Part shown: positions 51,230 through 58,929 of the stretch, piece by piece | Layout of the letters: each line of letters starts with the position of its first letter | How positions within the stretch are numbered: the first letter of the stretch is position 1 | DNA from: Vicinamibacterales bacterium | Lineage (GTDB): Bacteria; Acidobacteriota; Vicinamibacteria; Vicinamibacterales; UBA2999 | Length of the DNA: 64,000 nt | Direction: 5' to 3' | Assembly (NCBI GenBank): GCA_035495795.1 | Contig: DATJFF010000196.1 | Location: forward strand, 1,326-65,325 | Position numbers and translations under genes: made by a program | The notes under the pieces: generated by a model | The model's database searches: none | What the model was told of the DNA's origin: nothing | The model's input: the letters and a program-made list of their open reading frames with translations, nothing else

Positions 51230-52261
51230 ATGACAGCGGGCGCCAAACCATTGACCAGGCACGTCACCGACCGCGCATCCGGCGCGAGGCTGACCCTGCC
51301 GGCCCACGATCTGCGGGTGATCCTGGATGCGCTCGCCCGTCTCGGCTACGACGGCGGCACCTTGCTGCTCGGGACCGGACTCCAGCACGTCCGGTTCGAG
51401 GATCCTGATGCGCGAGTGCCCTGCACCGCGGTCGGGCAAGTGCTGGCGCTGGCGCAGCAGCGCCGTTTCACGCCCAACCTCGCGCTTGAATTGGCTCGCG
51501 TCATCCAGGTCGGCGCGTGGCCCTTGATCGATTACCTGGTCATGACTTCCGATTCGGTCGGGGCCGGGGTTCAGCAGCTCGCGCGTTACTTACGGATCAC
51601 CGGCGCACCGATTGAGCTGCACGTCCGAGACGAAGCGGCGCCGGTCCGCGTCGAGATGGAGAGCGCGGCGGATCCGTTCGTAATCGAGTTCGAGGCTGCG
51701 CTCATCGTCTTGCGCCTGCGGAACGAGGCCGAAGGCCCCTTCGCGCCGGCGATCAGCTTTGCGCACGGACTCGACGATCCGGCAGCATTCGGGCGAGCGC
51801 TCGGCTGCCCGCTGGCGACCGGGGCATCGTGGAGCGGGCTGAGCGTGCCGGCCCACATGTGGCGGCTGAAGCTGCGGCGGCGAGACCCTGTGCTTCGACG
51901 GATGCTCGAGGGATTCGCCGACGAGGTCGCGGCGGCGCTCCCGGCGCACGACGGGTTGGCCGACGAGGTTCAGCGCGCGCTGGTGTCGCGGCTGTCAGGC
52001 GGCGACATTCGTCTGGCGTCGATCGGCCGCGAGTTCGCCCTGTCGGCGCGCTCGCTGCAACGCCGGCTGGCGTCCGAGGGCGTCTCGTATCAGCAGTTGC
52101 TCGAGGCAGCCCGCAAGGCGGCAGCCGAGCGGTATGTCACCGCGTCCGAGCTCGCCATCGGTGAAATCGCGTTCCTGCTCGGCTATTCGGAGCCGGCGCC
52201 CTTCCATCGGGCCTTCAAGCGGTGGTTTGGCAAGACGCCGGAGGCGGTCCGGAAGCGCTGA
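51230..52261 (+). CDS. AraC-family transcriptional regulator (paralogue of 17095..18156)
   Basis: ORF 51194..52261; the start is ATG 51194 or 51230. It shows LRVILDALARLGYDGGTLLLGTGL where the paralogue has MLRVLEQLGYDLDALLVSAGL. The C-terminal HTH reads IGEIAFLLGYSEPAPFHRAFKRWFGKTPEAVR. Confidence 0.85.
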   Translation: MTAGAKPLTRHVTDRASGARLTLPAHDLRVILDALARLGYDGGTLLLGTGLQHVRFEDPDARVPCTAVGQVLALAQQRRFTPNLALELARVIQVGAWPLIDYLVMTSDSVGAGVQQLARYLRITGAPIELHVRDEAAPVRVEMESAADPFVIEFEAALIVLRLRNEAEGPFAPAISFAHGLDDPAAFGRALGCPLATGASWSGLSVPAHMWRLKLRRRDPVLRRMLEGFADEVAAALPAHDGLADEVQRALVSRLSGGDIRLASIGREFALSARSLQRRLASEGVSYQQLLEAARKAAAERYVTASELAIGEIAFLLGYSEPAPFHRAFKRWFGKTPEAVRKR

Positions 52262-52311
52262 CGCCGGCCCGACACCTTCGATGCCGCCGCGCATCGAATT
52301 CGTCAGTGGTG

Positions 52312-52329
52312 TATAGTTCATAGATGAAT
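52312..52329. promoter_or_regulatory. marR -10 box plus operator half-palindrome overlapping the start codon
   Basis: The sequence is TATAGTTCATAGATGAAT. TATAGT (52312-52317) lies 6 nt before ATG 52324. TTCAT-AG-ATGAA is a palindrome that contains the ATG. It shares TAGTTCATnGATGAA with 52760-52774. Confidence 0.55.
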
Positions 52330-52746
52330 AAACAACCCCAGGCTACGGATCTCGGGGGCCTGCTCCATGCGGCGGCCGCCGCCCAGGACGAGGTCGAAAC
52401 CAAGCTGGGGGAGATCGGCCTGTCGCTGGCCAAGCTGGCCGCGTTGAAGGTCCTCTCGGACGCGGGCGAGTCGCTGCCGCTGACCCAGCTCGCCGACCGG
52501 TTGTCGTGCGTGAAATCGAACATCACGCAGCTCGTCGATCGTCTCGAGGCGGATGGGCTCGTCGAGCGTCAGGCGGATCCCAACGACCGCCGGACGCGGC
52601 TGGCGACACTGACCGCGACCGGCCGGAAGGCCTGTCGCCACGGGTCACGGATCCAGGACGGCGCCGAGAAGCACGTGCTGCGGAAACTGACCGCAGCTGA
52701 ATCACGACAGCTCGCGGAGCTGCTGGCGAAGATCACCGGCGGGTAA
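52324..52746 (+). CDS. MarR-family transcriptional regulator
   Basis: LTQLADRLSCVKSNITQLVDRLEADGLVERQADPNDRRTRLATLTATG is the MarR wHTH signature. Confidence 0.9.
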   Translation: MNKQPQATDLGGLLHAAAAAQDEVETKLGEIGLSLAKLAALKVLSDAGESLPLTQLADRLSCVKSNITQLVDRLEADGLVERQADPNDRRTRLATLTATGRKACRHGSRIQDGAEKHVLRKLTAAESRQLAELLAKITGG

Positions 52747-52761
52747 TTTCTTTCGATTGTA

Positions 52762-52775
52762 GTTCATTGATGAAC
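52762..52775. promoter_or_regulatory. Perfect 14-bp palindrome (candidate MarR operator) upstream of doxX
   Basis: GTTCATTGATGAAC lies between the marR stop (52746) and the doxX start (52802). Confidence 0.55.
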
Positions 52776-52801
52776 AGTCTATCGGTAAACAGGAGGACGT
52801 G

Positions 52802-53317
52802 ATGGATCTCGGAATTCTGATGTTGCGACTGGCAATCGGGCTGGCAATGGCTGGACACGGCAGCCAGAAGCTGTTCGGGTGGTTTGGCGGCTACGGTCCC
52901 GACGGTACCGGCCGGTTCATGGAGGGGCTCGGGTTTCGTCCCGGCCGGCGGCACGCGCTGGCGGCCGGCGCGGTTGAAGTCGTCGGCGGACTGCTGCTCG
53001 CGTTCGGCCTCCTGACCCCGCTGGGCTCGGCGCTCATCGCCTCGGTCATGGTGGTGGCCGCGGCTACGGTGCATGGCAAGAACGGCTTCTTCATCACCAG
53101 CGGCGGCTACGAGTTCAACCTGGTGCTCGGCGTCGCCGCCCTCGCCGTCGCGTTCACCGGTCCCGGCGCGCTGTCTCTCGACGCGCTGGCCGGGTTCGTT
53201 GCTTCCGGCATCACGTGGGGCGCCGGCGCCATTATCGTGGCGATTGCCGGAGCGATTGGGCAGCTGGCGCAGCGGCGGATCGTGGCGGAAGAGGGCGATC
53301 CGGCCACCACCGCTTGA
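52802..53317 (+). CDS. DoxX-family membrane protein
   Basis: The track ORF starts at GTG 52799. ATG 52802 is better spaced from AGGAGG (52791-52796). MDLGILMLRLAIGLAMAGHGSQKLFGWFGGYG is the DoxX signature. Confidence 0.85.
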   Translation: MDLGILMLRLAIGLAMAGHGSQKLFGWFGGYGPDGTGRFMEGLGFRPGRRHALAAGAVEVVGGLLLAFGLLTPLGSALIASVMVVAAATVHGKNGFFITSGGYEFNLVLGVAALAVAFTGPGALSLDALAGFVASGITWGAGAIIVAIAGAIGQLAQRRIVAEEGDPATTA

Positions 53318-53367
53318 TGCGGGTCGCGAATCGTCTCGAGCAATCGAACTGAAGCAGGAGGTGCAGC

Positions 53368-54267
53368 ATGTCTGGACAGCACGCAGCTGAATTCGAGAAG
53401 GCGGTTGTGCGCGGGCTCGCGCGAGTGGTGACACTGCCGCCTCCCGCGCCCGGATTCATCGGCCCGGGACACACAGCCGTCCATGCGATCGACGCGCGGG
53501 AGTTCGCGCTGAACGATCCGTTCATCATTCTTGCCGACGACCTCGTGGACCTGCCGCGGGGCCGGCGGGCCGGCGGCGCGCACCCGCACGCCGGCTTCGA
53601 GATCGTGACCTTCGGGGTCGAGGGCGAGGCGCGAGACCGTGACGAGGGCGTGCTTCGGGCCGGCGATGCGCTCTTCATGACCGCGGGCTCCGGCGTGGTC
53701 CACAACGAGGACTTTGAGCCGCTCGGCAGAGTCCGGATCCTGCAGCTGTGGATGACGCTGCCCAGCGCGTCGCGTTGGGCGGAGCCGCGCTTCGAGCATG
53801 TCCCTCGCGATGGCTCGCCGCTCCGTCAGGAGCCCGGGGTCGAGGCACGGGTCTACAGCGGAACGTCCGGCTCCATCAGCGCGCCGTCGCGCAGCCATCT
53901 GCCGCTGACCATGGTGGACATCCGGCTCCAGCCGCAGGCTGTCTTCGAACAGGCGCTCCCCTCCTCGTACAACGGGTTTCTCTACCCGCTCGAGGGCGAT
54001 CTCCAGGTCGGAGGATCGTCGCCGCAGCGGCTTGCGATCGGGCAGATCGGATGGCTCGACCGGCGGGACGGAGCCGCCGCCACGGTCGTCCGCCTCACCG
54101 GCGGCGCCGCCGGGGCACGCGTCGTGCTCTATGCCGGCGAGCGCCAGGGCGTGCCAATCGTGACGCACGGGCCATTCGTGGGCGAAACACGGGCGGACCT
54201 GATGCGGGTGTCGCAGGCGTATCTCGACGGGCGGATGCCCGCGGTCAGTGACCTGAGCCGGCGGTAA
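53368..54267 (+). CDS. Pirin-family protein
   Basis: AGGAGG lies upstream. GGAHPHAGFEIVTFGVEGE...FMTAGSGVVHNE is the bicupin pirin pattern. marR-doxX-pirin is a commonly seen arrangement. Confidence 0.9.
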   Translation: MSGQHAAEFEKAVVRGLARVVTLPPPAPGFIGPGHTAVHAIDAREFALNDPFIILADDLVDLPRGRRAGGAHPHAGFEIVTFGVEGEARDRDEGVLRAGDALFMTAGSGVVHNEDFEPLGRVRILQLWMTLPSASRWAEPRFEHVPRDGSPLRQEPGVEARVYSGTSGSISAPSRSHLPLTMVDIRLQPQAVFEQALPSSYNGFLYPLEGDLQVGGSSPQRLAIGQIGWLDRRDGAAATVVRLTGGAAGARVVLYAGERQGVPIVTHGPFVGETRADLMRVSQAYLDGRMPAVSDLSRR

Positions 54268-54388
54268 CAGCTGCCGGTTCACCACCGGGCGCTTGCCGGA
54301 TTCGCGCCCGGCTGAGGTATTCTCCCCCCTCGCCCCAAGACACCTGCCCGCACTGGATCGCCGGGCGGATATCAGCGAGGAGTTCCTC

Positions 54389-55129
54389 ATGCCCCGACCG
54401 CGTTTGCTTGTTCGTGCCTTCTGCGTCGCCGCCGCCGCGGCGCTCGTCATCTGGCCTGGCGAATCCCTGGCCCAGCGCACCAGCGTCGCCCGCGACTTTC
54501 CGATCTACAACAACGGCGGCAAGCCGGATCTCGCGGTCGATCCGCAGCGATTTGTGTCGCAAATGGAGATCGTGGACCGGGTCTTCGCGCCAGAGGACTG
54601 CGCCATTGCGGAAGGCGTGGTTGGCGGATCCGGGGTTCGGCGCCTGCTGCGCTTCGACACCGTGCTGATGAACCGTGGTGACGGCGACCTCGTGGTCGGC
54701 GACCGCAGCGATCCCAACAACCCCTACGCGCCGTATTTCGTCTATCACCAGTGCCACGGGCACTATCACATTCGCTACTTCTCGATTTACGAGCTGCTGA
54801 CGCCCGATGGCGACCTCGTCGTGGCCGGAACCAAGCAGGGATTCTGCTTCGAGGATTCGTTCAAGTACGAAGACGGCGGCAAGAGCCACGGCTACGAGTG
54901 CGCCGATCAGGGCATCTCTTCCGGGTGGGGCGACTGGTACTACAAGCAGCTGGTCGGCCAGTGGATAGACATTACAGGCGTCCCCGAAGGCGAGTACATC
55001 GTGCGGGTATCGATCAACACCGGGCTGTACTCGCCGATATTCGACGAGGGCGACAATCGCTATTCCAACGTCGTCGAGGCACGGATCACGATTCCGAGCC
55101 CCAGGAAGAAGGTCGCCACGGCCCAGTAA
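54389..55129 (+). CDS. Secreted lysyl-oxidase-like (LOX catalytic domain) protein
   Basis: Lies within ORF 54293..55129. ATG 54389 follows GAGGAG. Signal peptide MPRPRLLVRAFCVAAAAALVIWPGESLAQ. The Cu-site-like block is VYHQCHGHYH. GTKQGFCFEDS, GDWYYKQLVGQWIDITGVPEGEYIVRVSIN and NRYSNVV align with human LOX blocks [32 protein letters not shown] and DYTNNVV (recalled from memory). Confidence 0.75.
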   Translation: MPRPRLLVRAFCVAAAAALVIWPGESLAQRTSVARDFPIYNNGGKPDLAVDPQRFVSQMEIVDRVFAPEDCAIAEGVVGGSGVRRLLRFDTVLMNRGDGDLVVGDRSDPNNPYAPYFVYHQCHGHYHIRYFSIYELLTPDGDLVVAGTKQGFCFEDSFKYEDGGKSHGYECADQGISSGWGDWYYKQLVGQWIDITGVPEGEYIVRVSINTGLYSPIFDEGDNRYSNVVEARITIPSPRKKVATAQ

Positions 55130-55170
55130 GACGTTCGCGCTTCCTCACGCCGAATCCGCTGCGGATGCCC

Positions 55171-55200
55171 GCCGGGCGGCGCGTCCTGGCGCCGCCCGGC
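55171..55200. terminator. GC-rich perfect hairpin in the convergent gap (candidate bidirectional terminator)
   Basis: GCCGGGCGGCGC-gtcctg-GCGCCGCCCGGC has a 12-bp perfect stem and a 6-nt loop. It lies between the LOX stop (55129) and the haloperoxidase-like stop (55232). No U-tract is present. Confidence 0.45.
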
Positions 55201-55231
55201 TGAAAGCTGGAATCGTGGTCACGGCAGCCGC

Positions 55232-56551
55232 TCACTGAATGCGATTCAGCAGCATCGAGACGGCTCGCCGGCCGATCTTGCGGCCGTGCTGGATACCTTC
55301 CTCCGTGGCGTTGCGGAAGTGGATGCCGACCAGAATTCGCGACAATCCATTCTCTTCGGCAGCTGCCGAAAAGCTGGTGAACGAACGGAGCACGGGTGTC
55401 GCATCGGCGCACGTGCTCCCCGCCGGCAGCGACAGGCTGCAGGCGCTGAACGGGATGTCGTCGCTGGCGAACACCCGCTTCAGCACTTCCGCGGCGGCGC
55501 CGCCCTCCACGCTGTGTGCCGAATCATGATCCGGCATCGGATACGTCGGTTGCAAAGGCGTCCAGGTTGGATCCGCCTCGGTGTCGGGGTTTCCGTCGGC
55601 GTCTGCGGTCCGAATTGCGGTCACCGGCCTCCAGAATCGATAGTGGAATTTCGCCTCCCAGGACCCGATGTAACCGTCGGCCATGGCGATGTTCAACAAA
55701 CCGAACAGGCGGGCGTTCTCCCACACATCCAGTCCCTGGCCCTCCGACACGGCGCGCGCGAGGCGATTCCATGCCAGGGGAGAACTTTCGAGCCAGAACA
55801 ATCCGATCTCCGTCTGTTCGGAAGTACGGACCGTGGGGGTGGTGACACCGTCACCGCCTAATGCCTTTACCTCGTTGAAGTCCTCCTCGTAGCGCTTCGA
55901 GGACAGGTGGTACGGTGCGTTGGGCCGGTACTGCGAGCTGCGCCTCAGCGCGAACGGCGTGACGCGCCCCCAGCCCGGCGCGAAGACGAAATCGAACCCC
56001 GGCGTGAATCGGTATTCGCCCGGCTCGGTGCCCTGTTCGAAGTCGGTCACCACGAGCGGGGTGTCGGATCCGTCGGCGGAACGCCGCGACACGATTTCCG
56101 CCGCCGCCGCCTGCCCCAGCGCGATGCCGGCGGTTTTCGAGGGTCCGCTGGGAACGGCCGCGAGCGCCGCCGCGTAATCGGTGGCGACACTGGTCAGCGC
56201 CGCAGTCAGACATTCTGCCGGGAATGGCAGCTGGCTGATCGCCGCCACCAGCACATCACGGGCCGCCGCCGCGACGGCGGCGTCCGCCGAGGTCGGCGTG
56301 GTTACGTGCGCATCGAACGCGTACGGTCGAGATCGTCGGTCGATCGCGTTGAGCGCATCGTGAATGGCGATGTGCATCATCGCGTACATGCGCGACTCGT
56401 GCAGGGGATCGAGCGCCGGGCTGATGCATGCGGCAACCGCCGCCCGGCCGGCCGCGGCGTTCCAGTTCGTCACCACGTCCGCCCGAGCCGCCTGGCTCGC
56501 GGCCAGCCCCAGACCTGCTGCCAGACACAACGTGAAGGTGATGCGAGGCAC
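55232..56551 (-). CDS. Secreted vanadium-haloperoxidase / PAP2-superfamily protein
   Basis: ORF 55232..57289 trimmed to GTG 56551 behind AAGGAGGGAG. Signal peptide (M)PRITFTLCLAAGLGLAASQAARA. The PAP2/VHPO motifs are KFHYRFWRPVTAIR, PDHDSAHS and SRILVGIHF. Confidence 0.8.
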   Translation of the reverse strand: MPRITFTLCLAAGLGLAASQAARADVVTNWNAAAGRAAVAACISPALDPLHESRMYAMMHIAIHDALNAIDRRSRPYAFDAHVTTPTSADAAVAAAARDVLVAAISQLPFPAECLTAALTSVATDYAAALAAVPSGPSKTAGIALGQAAAAEIVSRRSADGSDTPLVVTDFEQGTEPGEYRFTPGFDFVFAPGWGRVTPFALRRSSQYRPNAPYHLSSKRYEEDFNEVKALGGDGVTTPTVRTSEQTEIGLFWLESSPLAWNRLARAVSEGQGLDVWENARLFGLLNIAMADGYIGSWEAKFHYRFWRPVTAIRTADADGNPDTEADPTWTPLQPTYPMPDHDSAHSVEGGAAAEVLKRVFASDDIPFSACSLSLPAGSTCADATPVLRSFTSFSAAAEENGLSRILVGIHFRNATEEGIQHGRKIGRRAVSMLLNRIQ

Positions 56552-56680
56552 GGCTCCCTCCTTGTGCGCCTCACTATTCACGTTCGCCGCGGCGGAGTCC
56601 TGACCGATTCTTCGCGTTTTCCTGAAGTTGTCGCAGCCCGCCGCGAGCACTAGAATTCGGGAACTCCCTCGGGTGATCAG

Positions 56681-57337
56681 GTGAAACTCCGGTTTGGCGA
56701 CTGCGCGCTCGACAGTACGGCCCGCACGCTGTTTCATCGCGGTCGCGAAGTGCATCTGGCACCCAAGGCGTACGAGGTGCTGGCGGTGCTCGTCGACGGC
56801 CGGCCACGCGCCCTTTCGAAAGCTGAGCTGCTGGGACGCGTCTGGCCGGGGGTGTTCGTCGGCGATGACAGCGTGGCCAAGGTGGTCAGCCAGCTGCGCA
56901 AGGCAATCGGCGACGATGACCGGGCACCGATTATCCGCACTGTGCATGGCTATGGCTACGCGTTCGTCGCAACGGTGGAGTCCGATGGGGCGCCCGCGCC
57001 AGCGCGGGATGCCGGCCGGGCGGTGTGCTGGCTCTTTTGCGGCAATCGTGAGTTCCCGCTCGGCGATGGTGAGCACGTGATCGGACGCACCGCCGACGCG
57101 GACATCTGCCTCGAGTCGCCCAAAGTCTCTCGTCGCCACGCCCGGCTGGTGGTCGACGGCACTCGAGCGACGATCGAGGACTTGGGCAGCAAGAACGGAT
57201 CGTTCGTCAAGGGAGTCCGAATCTCGACGCCGACCCGCCTGGCCGCCGGCGACGAGGCCTCGATCGGTCCATTCCGGCTGCGATTTCACATTGCTTCGGA
57301 AGCGGGATCGACGGACACGGAAGTCGTCGGGCGCTGA
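56681..57337 (+). CDS. OmpR/PhoB-type winged-helix DNA-binding domain fused to an FHA domain
   Basis: GTG start. The wHTH reads LAPKAYEVLAVLVDGRPRALSKAELLGRVW...IIRTVHGYGYAFV. The FHA reads HVIGRTADADICLESPKVSRRHARLVVDGTRATIEDLGSKNGSFVKG. Confidence 0.85.
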   Translation: MKLRFGDCALDSTARTLFHRGREVHLAPKAYEVLAVLVDGRPRALSKAELLGRVWPGVFVGDDSVAKVVSQLRKAIGDDDRAPIIRTVHGYGYAFVATVESDGAPAPARDAGRAVCWLFCGNREFPLGDGEHVIGRTADADICLESPKVSRRHARLVVDGTRATIEDLGSKNGSFVKGVRISTPTRLAAGDEASIGPFRLRFHIASEAGSTDTEVVGR

Positions 57338-57340
57338 CCC

Positions 57341-58288
57341 TTATCGAAGCCGAAAGCTCCAGGTCAAACCCATCGTGACGCCGACCCCGTAGTGCGTGTC
57401 GCTGCCAGACACGAAGGTCACGACCGCGCCATCGAGCTCGAGCGAATCGGTGAGCGACACCGTCGTACCCCCACCGACGTGCCAGTAGCGGCTGGCGAGC
57501 AGCCGGTCGTGAACGAGGAACAGCTCGACGTCTTCGTACGCTTCGCTGAACGACACGCCGCCGTGGGTTCGCAGCCAATCGACGAGCGCCCGGACGCTGA
57601 CCCGCGGCGCCAGGGTGACACCGACTTCGATCTCCGCGGCGCTCCGATCCATCGACACGCCGGCGAGATTTTCGACGAACGAATAGACATAGCGGCCGTG
57701 GACGTAGGCTCGCGGAAGCCACGGGTAGAGCAGCGACCCGACGTTGACGCCGGTGTGCAAGGCACGCAGGTTCTGGCCGGGTGCAGCCTCGCCGACCGTT
57801 CGATAGTCGTGGCTCGGAATCGTGACGCCAACGACCGGGGTGACGACGACCGGACGCGTGACAAGGCCGTAACGGATCGTGAAGCCGAAATCCTGGAAGG
57901 TGGAATAGAACGCACCGGTATCGAGCGAAGTGACCGCTGCATCCGGGTTCGCCCGGCGAAACTCCGCGTACCGATCGTTGAGGAACGCGGTGACCGGCTC
58001 GTCATCACCGCCGGTGAACCGCGACGACACGTAGGGGAGCCTGACCGTGAAGGCGACCTTCTCGGTGAGTCCGTGCTCGAATTCCAGGATGCCGAGAAAC
58101 GCCCGTGAAGGCACGGCGCCGGTCAGCTTGGTGCCGTGTTCGTCGAAGTGTCCGCCGAAGTCGAGGGTCTGGAAGGTGAGCGTCAGAGCACTTTCGCCGG
58201 AGCCGGGTAGCCACGCCGATTGTGCACCGGCATTAGACGGGCACCAGAGCGGGCTCGCCACCAGGAGCGCGACGATCAGCCAGACCAT
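57341..58288 (-). CDS. Outer-membrane beta-barrel protein (putative transporter type)
   Basis: Signal peptide MVWLIVALLVASPLWCPSNAGAQS. It shows a long alternating strand pattern. Family not firmly assigned. Confidence 0.7.
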   Translation of the reverse strand: MVWLIVALLVASPLWCPSNAGAQSAWLPGSGESALTLTFQTLDFGGHFDEHGTKLTGAVPSRAFLGILEFEHGLTEKVAFTVRLPYVSSRFTGGDDEPVTAFLNDRYAEFRRANPDAAVTSLDTGAFYSTFQDFGFTIRYGLVTRPVVVTPVVGVTIPSHDYRTVGEAAPGQNLRALHTGVNVGSLLYPWLPRAYVHGRYVYSFVENLAGVSMDRSAAEIEVGVTLAPRVSVRALVDWLRTHGGVSFSEAYEDVELFLVHDRLLASRYWHVGGGTTVSLTDSLELDGAVVTFVSGSDTHYGVGVTMGLTWSFRLR

Positions 58289-58321
58289 GGTCGGGTGTCG
58301 GCTCCAGACCGAGCCGGCTGC

Positions 58322-58840
58322 TCACGCTTTGCGCGGCGTCCCGGTCGTCGAACGAACCGCGTCGGCGATGGTGGTGAGATAGCGGGTGGCAAGGCTCGGC
58401 GCCTTGATCAGGAAGCGCCACACGGTTGCCGCTTCGGCTGCCTCCGCGTCGCTCAACTGGTAGGCCACGGCGATGAGGGCCACCCGCGACGGGGCCAGCG
58501 CCGGCTGCAGGTCGCGCGCCTCCGCGACGTGGGCGAGCACGATGTTGTACTGACCGCTGGCCAGCGACGCCTGAAGCTCCTGCGCCGTCGTCACCTCGCG
58601 GTACTGATGTCCAACCTTTCGCAAGGTGTCGAGGAGGTTCAATTCCCGAGCCGCCCCCTGGAGTTTCGAACCAGCCGGGTTGTAGATCAGCACAGACGCG
58701 GGATAGCGCGCCGCGAGTGCACGCTGCATCCGGATACCGCCGGCCGACAGCGACTTGTCGCCGCACGCAAGAAGATCGGGGGCTGCAGAGGCAACCAGAA
58801 GGGTGAGAAGCGACGAGGCTGCGAAGGTGCGCGTCAACAT
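58322..58840 (-). CDS. Hypothetical lipoprotein
   Basis: The signal peptide has a lipobox (...AAPDLLACGDKS). 172 aa, no recognised domain. Confidence 0.6.
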   Translation of the reverse strand: MLTRTFAASSLLTLLVASAAPDLLACGDKSLSAGGIRMQRALAARYPASVLIYNPAGSKLQGAARELNLLDTLRKVGHQYREVTTAQELQASLASGQYNIVLAHVAEARDLQPALAPSRVALIAVAYQLSDAEAAEAATVWRFLIKAPSLATRYLTTIADAVRSTTGTPRKA

Positions 58841-58929
58841 ACTTCGCCTCCGACTCGCGGTCCCGGAATCGCCTGGAAGCCGGCACTCTACACCCGGCGG
58901 ATCGGGCGGTCAAGCAGCGGGGAGGGGCG

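Noticed and set aside
49137-51251. A 704-aa ORF that appears to be one large gene.
   Set aside because: Only the last ~188 codons are protein-like (the P-loop kinase). The upstream ~500 codons are an Arg/Gly-rich alternative frame of the Lnt-like gene (49700..51169), which has TM helices and CN-hydrolase motifs.
55232-57289. A 685-aa version of the haloperoxidase-like ORF.
   Set aside because: The N-terminal 246 codons run antisense through the wHTH-FHA gene and lack protein-like features. A GTG at 56551 with AAGGAGGGAG upstream and an immediate signal peptide gives the sensible start.
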